Counted from the stretch's first letter, positions 12,215 to 27,994 are shown. The stretch: 56,152 bases of DNA from Conidiobolus incongruus B7586 (GCA_000697335.1 JNEM01011261.1:1-56152), one strand, 5' to 3'. Numbers and translations are program-made. The notes: generated by a model from the letters alone, not told the origin.

Positions 12215-13751
12215 TTATCCTTTAAATGATCTTTTTTTCAATTTAATATTTAATTTCTTCTCTTTAGGGATCAAGAGAAAACGATGTATTGGAGTAATTT
12301 TTGCACCTTCTTCCAGTTCCATTTCAAAGCGATGGAATAAATGAGCAAGTAAGAGGAATATCTCCATCCAAGCCAACTCCCTTCCAATACATGATCGCGG
12401 ACCAATGCTGAAAGCAAAAAGGCTGGCTTTTAATAGCTCTCTTTCAGGTCCTAACCATCGATCAATATCAAATTCCTTTGCATTAGGAAAGTATTCCTCC
12501 AAATGATTGATTCCATATTCATTGAACAAAATAATGGTCTAGATATTAAATATTTAGTATATATTTGACAAGAAAATATACACTTACTCCTTCAGGAATA
12601 AAATTCCCATCAATTATAGTACCTCCTTGAGGCACTTCTCGCGGTATTGGTCCAAAACCAACTGGATGAAATCTGAGCGACTCAAGGATAGCGGCCTCCA
12701 ATAATGGAAGTTTTTTGCGACATTCACTCATAGTTATAATAGCATTAGGATCTGGAAATTTTTTTATGATTTGAGTGATAATACGATCATAAATTGATCG
12801 ATTTTTCAAAATTTCATAAATGGTAAATATTAAAGTATTAGAAGTAGTGTCAACACCCGCAAGGAGTAAAGTAATCGATTCGTCAATTATTTGGTCATTC
12901 CTCAATCTTAAGCCTGATTCTTCATCCTGAGTGTCCATCATTGATTGGAGGATATCTATATGATCACTTTTTGACCCTCTTCTTTTGTTTATATTTTGGG
13001 TAACTAACCTACTGATAAAGTTATCCATTTCTCTAAATGATTTCAAAAATGGAAAAATAATCATAAGACCAATGAATGTAGTCTCTTTGTGAAGGAACTT
13101 CAGATATTGCTTGAATTGATCTGGATCATTGATACATCCAAGAGACTGTCCAAATACTAATCTACTCACCACGTCTAAGGTACTTGAATAAAACAACTCC
13201 AAGATATTTACTGTAACTTCCTCTTTGTCCGAATTGAATAAACTAGACAAATATCGAATTAGGTTGAAGGTACCTGTTTCTAGAATTGTTGGTTCCATAA
13301 TTTGCAGGGATTTGGAACTGAATGCTGGTGATAACAATCGTTTTCTTTGCATATGATAATTCTTCTCTGTTGTAGAGAGAATGGTAGGATCATTAAATTC
13401 AAAAACTTTATAATGCTTGGTTTTCTTATATTGATAGCTACTTAATAATTTATATGCCTTAACGTCACTCACCATGATCATATTTTTGGCAACTACAATC
13501 ACCTTACCATATTTTTGATGTAATTTGTAATACTCTTTGGCATTGGAAAGTAGTCTAAAAGTATATTTCTCAAAGAAAAAATATAGAGAATATTTTGGAC
13601 GTGGTAATTTTGATAATGGTCCGGTATAAAATACACAATAAATGTGGGTATAATAACACCAAAGACAACTGAAAACTAAGGTAAAAACAACCAACTCAGT
13701 ATAAGAGATAGATCTCCAAATTTGTTGCAAGTCGTTAAGCATGATATTCAT
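12215..13751 (-). CDS. Cytochrome P450 monooxygenase (2 exons, intron 12539-12587)
   Basis: N-terminal TM anchor, I-helix AGVDTTS, ExxR (ESLR), DRW, heme motif FSIGPRSCIG. A 49-nt GT-AG intron joins PEG|TIILFNEYG in frame. Confidence 0.95.
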
Positions 13752-15714
13752 AATAAAAAACTGGGAAATTTTAAAAAATATATATTTCTCAAAATATCAT
13801 ACCATTTTATATTCATTTTAAATCATGCAATAGACTATATATTACCTCATTGATAATCGGTGGTGTCAAAAGTGTTTTCATTTATATATGTTCAGATTGT
13901 TTTTAATTCATTAATTAATTAATTATCCTTAATGTATTCAAAAAATTTCCACAATTCTCTTATTATTATAACTACATAAACTAAATGATTTGATTTAAGC
14001 CTTATTCTAAACGTTTTTTATTTAATTTTAATTGCTTAAATTTTATAATTATCAAACGAAATATGGTTTTAATTATATTATTTCAAAAATACTGTAATCA
14101 AAGAATGATGCTCTTTTGATACATGATAAAAAAAATATTGAATATCATTTTTACAGAGTACAGAAGGTAAAACCAACTTTTAGTTCTCGAAATTTACTCT
14201 TTTATGCTTTCAATTTTGAAATTAATATTAAATTATGCTTATAAGTTTGTAATATGTATATATAATATATATTTTACTAAACAACTTTAGGTTGAAATAC
14301 ATATTTAACGATCAAAAATTGAGAACAGAATATGGGAACTAATGTATATTGTTCACTCTATTTTCAATACTTTACACTCTCAAACCATTATTTGATGCAA
14401 AATTTTTGACTTTATTGATTAGTTAACTGCAAAAGTTGTCTCAAAATTTTATATTATTCAATCCCGAAATTTACTATTTTACCAATTTTTTCACATGTAT
14501 TAGAATAATAAACTATTTTAAAAAATATTTCAAATCTGTTTTAATTTTTATATAGTTTAATCAAATATTGATATTAATAGTATAATTGAAATAAAACTAA
14601 TTCCCGTTATCTAGTCAATATATTCTTTTGAAAATTAGATAGATAAAACTTATTATAAAAATATCATTTATATATAATATTTTATAATTTATTTGAATTT
14701 TTACCTTCATTGCTCAATACTCTATATACCAAATGGTTATAAGAGAGACAAAATGTAAAATATTGAAAGGCGTATTTAATAGTAATCTTTATTAGGTATA
14801 TTAAATTTGAATAAAAATTAGTAACTATTATATAAATTTCTATCACAAATTACTTTTCATATTTAAAATCTATTTATTTCCCAATTTTTATTTGGAATTT
14901 GAATCTTAATGTATATGAATCAAAAACTTAAAAATAAATCAAAGGATCAATATAATAACTAAATTTAATCTGATTATAAATTTTTTATACATATATAGGA
15001 CAACTTTGTTAATGGTGAGATGTGATGCTGTTATTTGAATATATTATTTGAAAAATAGCTGAAATTTAAAAAAATGAAAATTTGAAATGAATAATTTTTG
15101 TAAAAACTCATTGTTATGTATATTGAAATAATTATGATAAATACATTGAATTAATATATATATTTAAACAAATATATAATATGTTATTTAATATTATTAT
15201 GATATGTATTTGAATGGAATTAAGAGATTAAATTATTTGCGATATTAATTAAATTTTTCGAAGAATCATATAATTAACGTCTTGCTATAATCTTTATAAT
15301 TTTATCAATTTGAATATTTAAATATACAAATATAATACTATACATTAACCAAATTACCACATTAATTTTTTATTTAAATTGTATAATATTAAGAACTCAA
15401 TGATCAAATATAAATTCTTTGATGGCTTAAAAAATTTTGTTATCACATTGGATACAATTATTTTTATATACTCAAATATCGAATGTAATATTTTAATGCT
15501 AATAAAAATTGTTTTAATATAAATATATATCAACAAAATTATTTATATAATTCACCAGTAAATCATTGTTCAAAGTGATATTAGATATAATAATTCATTC
15601 GATAATTTTGTTAAAAAATAATAGATGTTTAAAAATATTTCATAGTGTATTCCTGAATAATAGAAAAAATAGTTACTAGCTAAATATAACAAAAAATTAC
15701 TTGTAATGCACTGG

Positions 15715-17252
15715 CTAAACTTTAAAGGATCTTCTTCGAATTTTCATATTCAAATTCTTCTCTCTAGGAGATAGTAAGAAACCATTAACGGGAGTTGTCT
15801 TAGAATTATCTTCAAGTTCCATTTCAAATCTATGGAGTAAATAAGAGAGTAATAGGAACATCTCCATCCATGCTAACGCCCTTCCAATACATGTTCTTGG
15901 CCTTGTACTGAATGCATGCAGTTTTGGTTTCAATGACTCTCTCTGGTCCAAGCCATCTCTCAATATTAGATTCTTTCGCATTAGGAAAATATTCGTCTAA
16001 GTGGTTGACTGCGAATTCATTGAATGCTATTACGGTCTAAAGATTATATTATTAGTCATATAATAAAAGAAGTGTAAAATATAATTACTCTTTCAGGAAT
16101 AAAGTGATCATCAATTGTGGCGCCTCCTGGAGGAACCAATCGTGGAATGGGTTCAAATGCTACAGGATGAAATCTAAGAGATTCAAAGATAGCAGCTTCT
16201 AGTAATGGAAGTTTTTTACGGCAATTATCCACAGTAATTGTGGCATTAGGATCTGGGAACTCTTTCACTATCTGAGAAATAATATGTTCATAGAGTTATC
16301 GGTTCTTCAAAATTTCATAAATAGTAAAGATCAATGAATTGGAAGTAGTATCGATCCCTGCGAAGAGGAGAGTCATAGCTATATCCACAATTTCGTCATC
16401 TCTCAACCTCAAGCCCGACTCTTCATCTTGTGTATCCATCATGGATTGAAGGATATCAGAATGGCTACAGTTTGACTCTCTTTCCTTTTCCGTATTCTTA
16501 ACAGTTATTCCTTGAAAAAATTGGGTGGGAAGGTACCAACGTTTCAAAATTGTAATTAAAGGCAAAAGGCCAAAAACTAATTGGGTTCTGAAGATGAGTT
16601 TCATATAATATTTGAATTCATATGGATTCTCTATACTATGAAGAGATTGTCCGAATACTAATTGGCTAGTGACATCTAGAGTACTTCGATAAAATAGCTC
16701 GTAAATATCTACAGTAATTTCATTGGTATGGTTATTAAAAAAACTGGACAAATGTCTGATCAAGTTAAGAGTTCCAGTTTCGAGTATTAAAGGCTCCATA
16801 TTTTGCATGGATTTCGAACTGAATGCTGGCAATAACAATCTCTTTCTTTTCTCATGGTAATTCTTATCTCTCGAGGAGAATATAGTGAGATTATTGAAGT
16901 CAAATATCTTATATATCACGCTCTTTTTATGTTTATAGCCATTTAATAATTTAAAAGTTTCTATATCGCTAACTAGTAGACCATTTTTATCAAAAACGAA
17001 TACTTTTCCATAATCCTCATGCATTTCATAAAAGTTATCAACATGTCCTAATTATCTCAAGTAATATCTTTAAAAATAAAAGAAAAGCGGAATTTTAGGA
17101 CGAGGTAGATGTGAATGTGGTGCTGAATAATAAGCTGTATAAATTTGGTTATAATAAAACTATACAAAATTAAAAATTATACAAAAGGATACTAACTCAA
17201 AATAAGATACTGAATTCCAATATTGCTTTAAATAATTGAAAAAGCAATTTAT
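15715..17252 (-). pseudogene. Cytochrome P450 pseudogene, tandem paralog of 12215-13751
   Basis: Same intron position (16037-16088). Start ATG>ATA. Stops at 17160, 17070 and 16296. 2-nt deletion in a GAGAGA run near 15940. Heme motif degraded to FSTRPRTCIG. Confidence 0.92.
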
Positions 17253-19792
17253 TATATAAAAACCAATAGTTTTAATAATGATAAAAAGAGTAAAATTTTG
17301 TATTGTAGAATATTTCAGGCTATATACCATTCAACATCAAGCTTTGCATGACTTGCTCTAAAACATGTCACCACTCCAACCTGATCATTATTCCATCCTT
17401 AGATTATAATTAATATGATCATTGAATTTTCTCTGTATTATTGACTTTATAATATATTACTTGTGTAATACTAATCATATTGGATATTAAAACATCAAAA
17501 AATATTACAAATTTAAAACCAACGATATTTCACTAAAGATCTGAATAACTAAAATTTATTCAAGGTTTTAAACATCTCAATTTCTTTCCATTTAAAAAAC
17601 TTGATAAACTTGAAGTTTCTATTTTCTTAATTTTTATATAATATGTAATGATTAATGTGTATACTTGAGAATAAGTATATCATTGTTATATTGTAGCTGA
17701 TGTGATTTATATATTGCATATATAATAACTTTAAATATGCAATACATAAATAAACTATTAATAATCAGAAGACTCAGTTCATTTTGATAATGTATTGAAC
17801 TATATCATACTTTTAATTTATAAACAGAATAATATCAAATTTTGATTTTGGTACGATTCAAACATATTAATCAAATATCATAAACATAATTCAAGATTTT
17901 GTTATTATTGTAAAATTTTTCATTGATTATTAAATATTAAGGTTATATATATTATATTAACAATCCTGTTAGATAATATATATATTTAACCTTGAATCTG
18001 ACAGTAGCTAAAAAAATGTATTATATTAATTGTTAAAATTATAGATTTGGAATTAAATATGAATTCACTATTTAAACAATTATATAATAATCACAAATCT
18101 ATGATATTCAAGGATTGATATATAATTTTTCAATTATAATCAATAAAAGAGATAAAATTTAGACATATTATTAGAATTAGTAAATCCAAAATATATTTTT
18201 GAAATTTGAATTTTGATAAAATCAAACTTCGAAACGATATATATATATATATATTATCATTTTTTTATATTTTTCTAATTCCTATAATTTATTTTGTAAC
18301 CGATATATTAATTTGATTACAACTTGTTTAATAATCAGTTTATCGAAATTATTATAAAATCGAATATTAATAACCATCAGTAGAAATATGGTAATTATAT
18401 TTAAAAATATACTCAAAATAAAATTATATATATTATAAACATTTATTTAAAAATTGATTTTGATAATAATACAAAGTATTAAATTTGAATTTTTATATGT
18501 AATTTTTACATGATCATGATTTTATCAAAAATAATAAAGTCGCTAATTTTTTAACATTTAATATTGTATTAAAAAAACAATATTTTTAAATTTACTTTAA
18601 TCGGAGCATTGATAGCTATCTATTACATACTTAATAAATTTATATTTAATATATTATATTCTTTGACAACCTGTTATTTCAATTATTTTCAAATTAATAA
18701 TATAAATATGATTCATCTGATTAATTAGAAATAAATTTAACTTTTACTCAATTTATTTAAAATAAATATTATTAAAGCTATAGTTTAAATCAATTTATTG
18801 GTTATAAAAAATTAAAAATTATAATTAACATATTCATAAATAAAATACATATAATAATGAAAATAATAAAATATATTGTATGTAGTAAATGAGGAAACCA
18901 GGGTTTTTATATTGTGTTTTAAAATAAATTAAATATGATATTTGATAAATTTAACGAAAATGTTGAAAATTATTTGATACCTATATTATTTGTAAAAAAA
19001 TATAGGTTAAATAAATTAATATTCTATTAATAAGTAATTTAATTGTTACGATTATCAATTTTATCACAAATTATAAGTTCATAATTAATTCATTAGCTTA
19101 AATATTATTTCAATGTTGGTAAGTAATAATTATTACTCTCCAAATAAATAATAACAGCAAACTAGAACAATTGATATAAATTTAATAATAAAATTGGAAT
19201 ACTAGGTAATGTGAATAATATATCTATATTCAAATAAATTCTAAATCTGAGCTTGTCGTTTATTTCAGTTGGATCGAAAAATAAATTAATTATTAAACTA
19301 AAAAAGGAGAGTGTCTATAGATTATATAATATATGATAAATATAAAGTAATTAAAAATGATAAAAAATTGGAGTTTATTTAGAAATATATTATATGTAAA
19401 TTTGTTATTGAGTATATTTGAATATATCTTCAAGGGATTTATATAATAATTTGACTAAATTAAATGATGAAATCATATTGAATTTATGAAAAAATAAAGT
19501 TAATAGAATAGAATTTTAAAATTGTGGGATATTAATTTTCCAATAATATTTAGTATTAACAGAGTATTAATCAATCCAACAAAAATAATTAATACACTGA
19601 GCATCGCGGGCCTCTTCTTCTCCATCCACCTTCCAATAGTTGGTGTAAGATGCTTTTTTAATTTAACATCCATTAATTATCCAATACTAACGAATTCAAT
19701 TTTTTATATAATCCAAACAAAAAATCAAAAATGCCAACCTGATCTCTATTACAAAACTTGAATTTATTACAATTACAGTAATCTGAGTCACG

Positions 19793-20471
19793 ATGAAAGA
19801 ACTTACCAAGTCCGAAACTTTGGTTATTCCCGAAGGTGTTGAAGTCACCATCAAGGCCCGTTTCATCACTGTTACTGGTCCTCGTGGTACTTTGACTAAA
19901 GACCTCCGTCACATCAACTGTGAAGTCCAACGTGTTTCCAAGAACAAGATCAACGTTGTTGTCTACCACGGTTCCCGCAAGCACGTCGCTTGTATCCGTA
20001 CCGCTGTTTCCCACATCAGAAACATGATCACCGGTGTCACCAAGGTAAATTCCAGTAGTTTACCAGTTTGGGGATTCAAATTAATAATTTTAAAATAGGG
20101 TTTCTTATACAAGATGCGTTACGTATATGCTCACTTTCCCATCAACGTTATTGTTTCCGATGACGGTAAGAACGTCGAAGTCCGTAACTTCTTAGGTGAA
20201 AAGATCATCCGCCGTGTCACTATGTTGGAAGGTGTCACTTGTGAAATCTCCACTGAACAAAAGGATGAAATCATCATCAAGGGTAACAGCATTGAAAACG
20301 TCTCCCAATCCGCCGCTTCTATTCAACAATCCACCACTGTTAAGAAGAAGGATATTCGTAAATTCTTGGACGGTATCTACGTTTCTGAAAAGGTAATTAC
20401 TTTTGCTGTACTATTACTATTTTTTACTTATTATCTTTCTTTTTTAGACCACTATTGTTCAAGATGAATAA
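19793..20471 (+). CDS. RPL9: 60S ribosomal protein L9 (uL6), 3 exons: 19793-20044, 20099-20392, 20448-20471 (189 aa)
   Basis: [48 protein letters not shown] introns. Strong codon bias typical of highly expressed genes. Confidence 0.98.
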
Positions 20472-23400
20472 ATGACCCAATTTATTTAACAGTTTAACTG
20501 TTAAAATAAAGCCTATATTGGTAATATAGTGTACTATATTAATTAGAAAATAACACCCATATTTATCGATCCATTGTCTGCGATTCTATAACTTGGATTA
20601 TATATGTCCGTCGATTGAATCTGTCTTGTTTGGAGTATATTTTACTTTTTAATATATTAATACCATTATAGATTTCAGTTCAATTTTATCTCGTTCCCCA
20701 TGTCTCTTGGGCATAATTTTAGCTATCCCATTATCATTTTACGGATTATACTTATATTTTGGAAATTCGGTCCTCCTATCTCAGTCCATTTTTTAATGAC
20801 TTCTCTATCAATTTTTAATATGTGTATCAGCACTTTTGTCGGTAATATTATAACACGGTAATCTTCTAACTTAGATCTACCTACTTTCAGATAAGCTTAC
20901 CATTATTTTCTAATTTATCTCACTATCATCTTATCTTACCTTATTAATATCCTTTTGAATTTTTACCCTTCAAAAAATCATTTTTTTTTATTTTTTTAAA
21001 ATAATTTTATCTAACATCATACAACTTTTAGATTTTACATCATATATTTTTAAATGATTCACATGCTAAGTAGCTTTTATTTTAAATTCAATATATCTAG
21101 CACACTTTTTATATATTTCTCATTGAATTTTTTTTAAATATTAAATTTCAATACAGAATCAAATAAAATAAATATTTATTATTTATGTTTATCTTGATTT
21201 TTTTATTATATTTATATTCTCTAAGATTTTTTAAAATTTCTGTGTAATTCGAAAATTAGGAGAAATTGTTGAGAAGGCATTTTGAAAAATAATATTTATC
21301 AATTATGATAATAAATCTTGTCTGTATTGAGTTTATATTTAAAAATATATGATATTCTTAAGTATATAAAATTCTATTTATTATAATTTTATATTTTTCA
21401 ACAAATCATATTATAGATTTTAATAATACAATATACTAATATAATATTAAAAAAGGGTAATATTCATTTGATTTTAATACTATTGATCTTTTCTTTGATT
21501 TTAGAATATATAATAATTCTATCTTATAAAATAGTTTTTTATTAATAATCAATTTTAATTATTTTTATAAGGTTAAATATTAAAAAATAATTATTATTAT
21601 AATTTAGTAAAATTTTTATATTAATTTTAATTTTAGTTCTTAAATTTAAAGAATATATTTATATTATAACTAAAATTATTATGTTAATAAACCTATAAAA
21701 ATTATTTAAATATTAAATCAAATTCCTCTAGTTTATTTTTAAATTGATAATATATATTATTTCTATAATATATATTTATATACAAAAAATTTAAATCAAA
21801 AGTGAAAACAATTTATCAGATCATATATATATATATATAATTTTTTTTAATCATTTTATAATTTAATATCATTATCATTTCATTTTTATCTATTTTTTAA
21901 TATTGCTAAAAAATGTAATAATGCTATTTTATATAGGTTCCTTGGGATAAATATTTTAACACAATTTTAATATATCAAAATATTCACTCGATTTAAATAT
22001 TATTAAATAATTCAAACTTAACAATTAGTGTATTAATTATTTTTATTAATATAATATTAATCAAATAATATATTATTATTATTAATGTAATTTATTAATA
22101 ATGAAATAAATATATATATGTAATATTGTTATTAAAATTAAATCAAGTTATTAACCAAATTAATATTAATAAATTATATAATTTTTGGATTGTTTGTTAA
22201 ATCTTATTTAAAAAATACTATTTTATAGGATATTAAAAATAAATAAATAGTTATTTAAATATTTTATAAAAAATATTTCACTTATGTCTCATAGGTATAT
22301 CTAGTATTGGAAAATTTTCTAATTATTTTATGATAATTTATATTATATATAATTTAATTACATTAGTTTTTTTTGTTTTAATTTAACTTGATTTAATAAT
22401 ATATATATTTCTTTTTAATATTCAATTTTAATAATATATTATTTATTAAAAATTTCAATTATATATTTTGGAATTAAATGATGAAGCTATTTGAAAATAT
22501 TGCTGGGGATTGAATGTATCAAATAATTAAGGATAGATTAATTTGGTAGTAATATTATTAAATTCATTTTATAGGATTAATTTTATATTGATTAAAAATT
22601 TATGTCAAGAATATTAACTGTAGCTATGAGATCATTTTTAATTATTTTGATATATTTATTAAAATGGAAAAAAATTTATATTTTATTATATGTTTTTAAT
22701 AATTAAATAATAGAAATTCTATTTAAACCGATTACTAAATTAAATTTTTTTTAAAATCTACAGTTAAATATATTAACTTTATAATATTTAATATTTTGCA
22801 CAATATATGAATATTGATGATATTTTTTAGTTCACTATAGATATACTAAAAAATTAAAAGGATAAATTAGAATTAGATAAATATATTATTGCAAATTTTC
22901 CATTTACAATAAAATCATTCAAAAACAACGTAATTGTTAAGATTATAGTAGAAAATTCTTATATATATTCTAATTATAAAATATAGATCAAAAATTAATT
23001 TTGTTCTAAAATCAAAAATACAAAGTGCAATTGTTATATACTTGAGAATGATACTGAAATGAATTTTTATCTGTTATTATTTAATTATTTGTCTGATATC
23101 AGTTTCAATCCTCAATTAAATTATATTTAAAATAATTAATTTAATAATATATTTTATCTAATTTGACCAAAAATAGCATTTACTTGTCAGTATACTATAT
23201 ATTATATTACAGCCAATCATGCTTGATTTATGTAAAATGTAAAAATTGATAACACTAAAGTTAAAACTAAATTATTTATTTGTCAATACTTTAAGTATCA
23301 TAATGGAGTTTGAAGACTTGTTAGTTGATGAAGTAAATGTATTTTTGAAACTATCATTACACCAAAACCGAACTTCAAAATCTGAAATTCTGCAATTTGC

Positions 23401-26236
23401 TCTTGCGTCATTATTGAAAGTTTGATTGTATATATTAAACCATGTCTTATACTCTCGGTAGTGTTGAAGTTAAAATCTATGTGAAAAGTACGTTTAAATA
23501 ATTCACCAGTAATTTCTCAAGATTTTTGGGAATTGAAAATTCAATCTAAATCAGAATGTATAACTGATATTACAACACAACTATGAGGACTAATATGATG
23601 ATCATATATTATGAATGGACCTTTTTGCTGATAATCCTTGGTGTTACTCATATTCTCTGTATTAATTTAATTAATTATACCAATTAAAATTTGAATCTGT
23701 CAATTCATAATGCTTCATTTATATAGTCTTTTTTGAATTCTCAGAACATTGATATACCATTTTGTCCAGATAAATTGAGAAAATTCAACGGATTTTGTTC
23801 AAAAAAAGCATGTTATCGGGTATTATCATGGCAAATTAAAGGATTTTATATGAACATCGATTATTAAGATAATATATCATATCATTTTAATAATAATATA
23901 AATATTTTGAATAATAACGCAATAGCTCTGTAAATTTCACTTAAAGATAAATCTTATTAAATCATCATCGTTACAATAAATTTAGTAAATTTAATAATTT
24001 TAATAATTTTAGATAGTGTTTTTTAGAATTGGTAATTCTCAAAATAAACTAATGAATGTATATATTTGGAAATAAATATTTCTATACAAAGGAGTTGAAT
24101 AGATATTATATAGTAATTGTTAAAATCAAATATGGAATATAACTTGATAATTAGATATAAAAAACATAATAATTGTTTGAATTGATCATTTCAAAATTCT
24201 ATTATATCAAAAAGTCACTGGATTTAATTGCTAGAAAAAATATTAACAATTAATATAATATAATAAATTATTGAGTTTCAAATTTCAATATATATTGCCA
24301 TTTTCAATATTTATATATTTTTTAAAAATTTACTATAGTATTTGAATTATTTTTAAACTCTAAAAATTTGATTCAATTATTTAAAAATAGTTGAAGCATT
24401 TATTTGGATTAATTTAACTATCATTACCCCATGATTTTGAAAATCAAATAACATAAATTTTTACTTATTTATGATAAAAATAAAATTAATTACATATTTT
24501 TGATTAATATGATGAAATAATGAAGTAGTTGATTTATTTTTTTGTAGTTAATGTGATACTTTGTTTTCCATATCTTATGCTTCATACCATGTTATCAATA
24601 ATATATATACTTGTTAATTTATTTAGTCTTATAATACTGTATAGATTTTAAAACACAATTATCCCAATATAAACTATGTAAATTACGGATCTAATAAATT
24701 CATTTATAATATATCAATATATTATAGTTTTAAGTATATACATAATGCGAATATCAACATCAGTTCTAAAAACAATTTGTAAATTTTAAATCTTAACCAA
24801 TATAGTATAGGTAATTAGATAGCAAGAAATTAATGATTTGTAAATGAAATCATAGAACGATATCTAATATTAAAAGAACCTCTAATAATCATACTACTTT
24901 TACATGTTATAAATAATGATGTTTCAATATACTAAATATTTATTGAAAATATGTTATCATATATCATTGTTGTTAATTCAATTAAAATTATTTATAATAT
25001 ATATGCTATCCAAATATTTGATATTAATTCCAAAAATTATTCTCTATTAACTGTAAACAAAAAAATCATAATATCTATAAATTTAACCAATAAAATTTAA
25101 ATGTTATCACACTTCCAGCATAATTGTTAAATTTCAAATTCTGATTCAAAATTATTCTTAATTAATTCCTGGAAATGTAAATTTTTTTGTTAAATTGGAT
25201 AAATTTGGTAACTTGAAACTTAGAAAAGTTTCAATTAATTTATGGTGAATATGTTTCCTATTGGTTATTATTATTGGTACTTTGTGAATTTTCTGATTAT
25301 TATAATATATTTTTATTGTAATTGTTTTGTCTATTATTCAACTGTTTAGACTATTAGAATGATATTGATTTATTATCAAATTGATTAAAATAAATGTTCA
25401 ATTTATAAGCTATAATTAAAGTTAATGATCACATTGAATTCATTTATTTGCACTAAGTATTACATGCTCAATATGATCTACAAAATATATTGTAATCATT
25501 TGGAAACATTATAATAAGGAAAAAAAATTTTTTACTTTTAGTAAACAATTGATCAATTCGTTTTTAAATTTTACAATTTAAGGAATATTTCAATGAATTA
25601 ATGAATTACTAATAGTAAACAAAAGATCAAACATATAATTTCAACAATAGTTAAAATTTAATCAATTTAAAAAACATATCAAAAAGCTTCAATTAACCCA
25701 AAGTAAAATAACAAAATTGAATAAAACAATAAAATACCTAAAATAAAAAGTATCAGTTTTGAAACAACTAATTTAAATCGAATTTTCAGATTTAAAAATT
25801 TTTTATTTAACGGTAATTTTTTAATTTTTATTACATTGAATAAATGGAAGATTTTTTTAATTGTTTGAATCTTGTTATTAATCAATAATCTATTTCTTAT
25901 CTCTTAATCAATCTCTTTTCTCTTTTATTTGGCAACAAAAAACAAAATAATATTAATAAGTGAATATTGAATTAATATATCAATTATTGATAATTTATTT
26001 AATATATCATTTAAAATATCCATATATAATAAAATATTGTATATATCATCAATAAATATCACTTTAATTCTTAAATAATTAATAAAATAATTAATTAAAA
26101 CTAGTAAAATATTTCAAGTTGGAAAGAGGTAATTAAAAGTAATTATTACAATTTATAATATTGTTATAAATTGATTTTGCTATTCCTCAATTACTCTTCT
26201 ATATTCTCATAATATTAATATAAAAATTTTTCTAGT

Positions 26237-27994
26237 ATGACTTCAGCATCTCCATGTGACCTCAAAACCGATTCCCCGTTCAACTCCATAAGAAGTTACG
26301 AAGATTTTTCGGAATTAGAAGACGAAGAAGAAATTGACAAGTTATTATTATTACAAACTAGGATATTTGAAGCTATCTGTAACGAGAGTAGGAGTACTTT
26401 AAAAAAATTGTTTGAAACCAGTTCCGCTAGTTTAGTATTACAGATTTTATTAACGTTTACTTACCCCAATACCGATTTACACTTTTTTTACGATGCTGAT
26501 TTTCTTATCGATGCGGAAGAATTGTTGGGTCCTTCCGTTAAAAATTTAAATGCTATTCAGGCTGCTTGTATGTTGGGCGACGAAGAATTGGCTTTAGATA
26601 TTTTAAATTTTGTTATAACACAGTGTGAACTAATGGACGCTAGAAAGGTTTTATTTGAATTTTTGTCCAAAGTTTGGGGTGATAACTGTACTACGCTTCA
26701 CTTGGCTAGTTTTATGGGTATGTCAGAATTAGTTAAAAAATTGTTGGAATCGGGGGCCAACCCTAATAAAGTGAATGACCGTAAGTATAAGCCAGTGGAT
26801 TGCGCTGATGATGATAAGACTAGAGCTCTATTTTTGAATTTGTCAGAAGGTAAAGCGACTAGATTGTGGCAATTTTTCTATTTAATTAATATCATGTTTA
26901 GTTGTAAGATTTCCAATTAGAAGAACCTTATCTGTCGATGGTGGTGGCTATAAAGTTCCTAATAAATTTGAGCCCATTTTTACTAAAGGACCATACAATT
27001 CTTTAGATCGTCAGAATTCACTCAAAGCTTCATACTCTATTAGAAACAAAGATCTTGGGCTCGAATCAGTATCCGAATCACCACCTCTACAAATGCAACG
27101 TGCCTTTTCACTTCAAGGCCAGGATTTAACTGAATCATTATCATCATCTGAGAGTGTTACACTCAAGCCCAAACCCTCAAGAAGAATCAAATTTGACCCC
27201 CTCACACTAGCACTCGACTACGCACGACAAGGCGATTCAGTGCACCTTCAAAAGATTTTAGAAAGTAGTGATAATACAGCCTATTTCCAATCTATTTTAG
27301 AGCACGAAGGTCTTCCGAGTGTTTATGACTTGGTCACACCCCATACCAGAATGTCTCTACTTCACCTCGCGGCCAGTTACAATCATCTTGCTGTATGTCA
27401 GTATCTGATTGAGAAAGGCGCAAATACCAATGTGACAGATTTGGAGGGCTGGACCCCGCTCCATTGCTGTGCAGCTGAGGGCCACACGATGGTTGTCAAA
27501 CTCCTTCTATCTGTACAAAATATATCACTAGATAAGCTCAATTCGGACCAAGAGACTGCATTAGATGTCTGTCAAGACGAAAATATCAAGAGAATGATAA
27601 AAGGTATAATATATCATTATCAATAATTGATTTTATCTAATTATCAAGTATAACAGATAAAATAGTACGACGCATGAGTCTAGATATAAGCAAACTCGAA
27701 GAATCCATAAAATACAACTCCATTGAAGATTGGGAAGGGTGTATCCAGCCCAGACAAGTCTACAACGGACCTCGTGGGTTCCGAAGCTCAAGCTCGTCAA
27801 GAATCGATTTGGGATCGCTGACATCTCCACTCGGCAGTATGGTGTCGGATGCCTCCATCCCAACAAATTCATCAGTCACCTCATCGCCAGCATCTTCCAA
27901 CCACAGTCTCAACACTAAAGAATCCAAATCCTTCGGCCTATCAGGATTAGCAAAATTCTTTTCCCCATCCAAGCGCTTTACCTCCATTTCGTGA
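26237..27994 (+). CDS. Ankyrin-repeat protein with RVxF motif, putative PP1 regulatory subunit; exons 26237-26849, 26902-27603, 27657-27994
   Basis: Ankyrin motifs TTLHLASFMG, SLLHLAASYNH and GWTPLHCCAAEGH. RRIKFDPLTLALD precedes the second ankyrin block. Introns 26850-26901 and 27604-27656 join three ORF-track pieces in frame. Confidence 0.88.

Noticed and set aside
19673..20014. 113-aa minus ORF and other ORFs overlapping RPL9
   Set aside because: Antisense or alternate-frame by-products of RPL9 codon bias.
27633..27987. Three short ORFs overlapping the last ankyrin-gene exon
   Set aside because: Splicing places the 27674 frame in the gene. The others are shadows.
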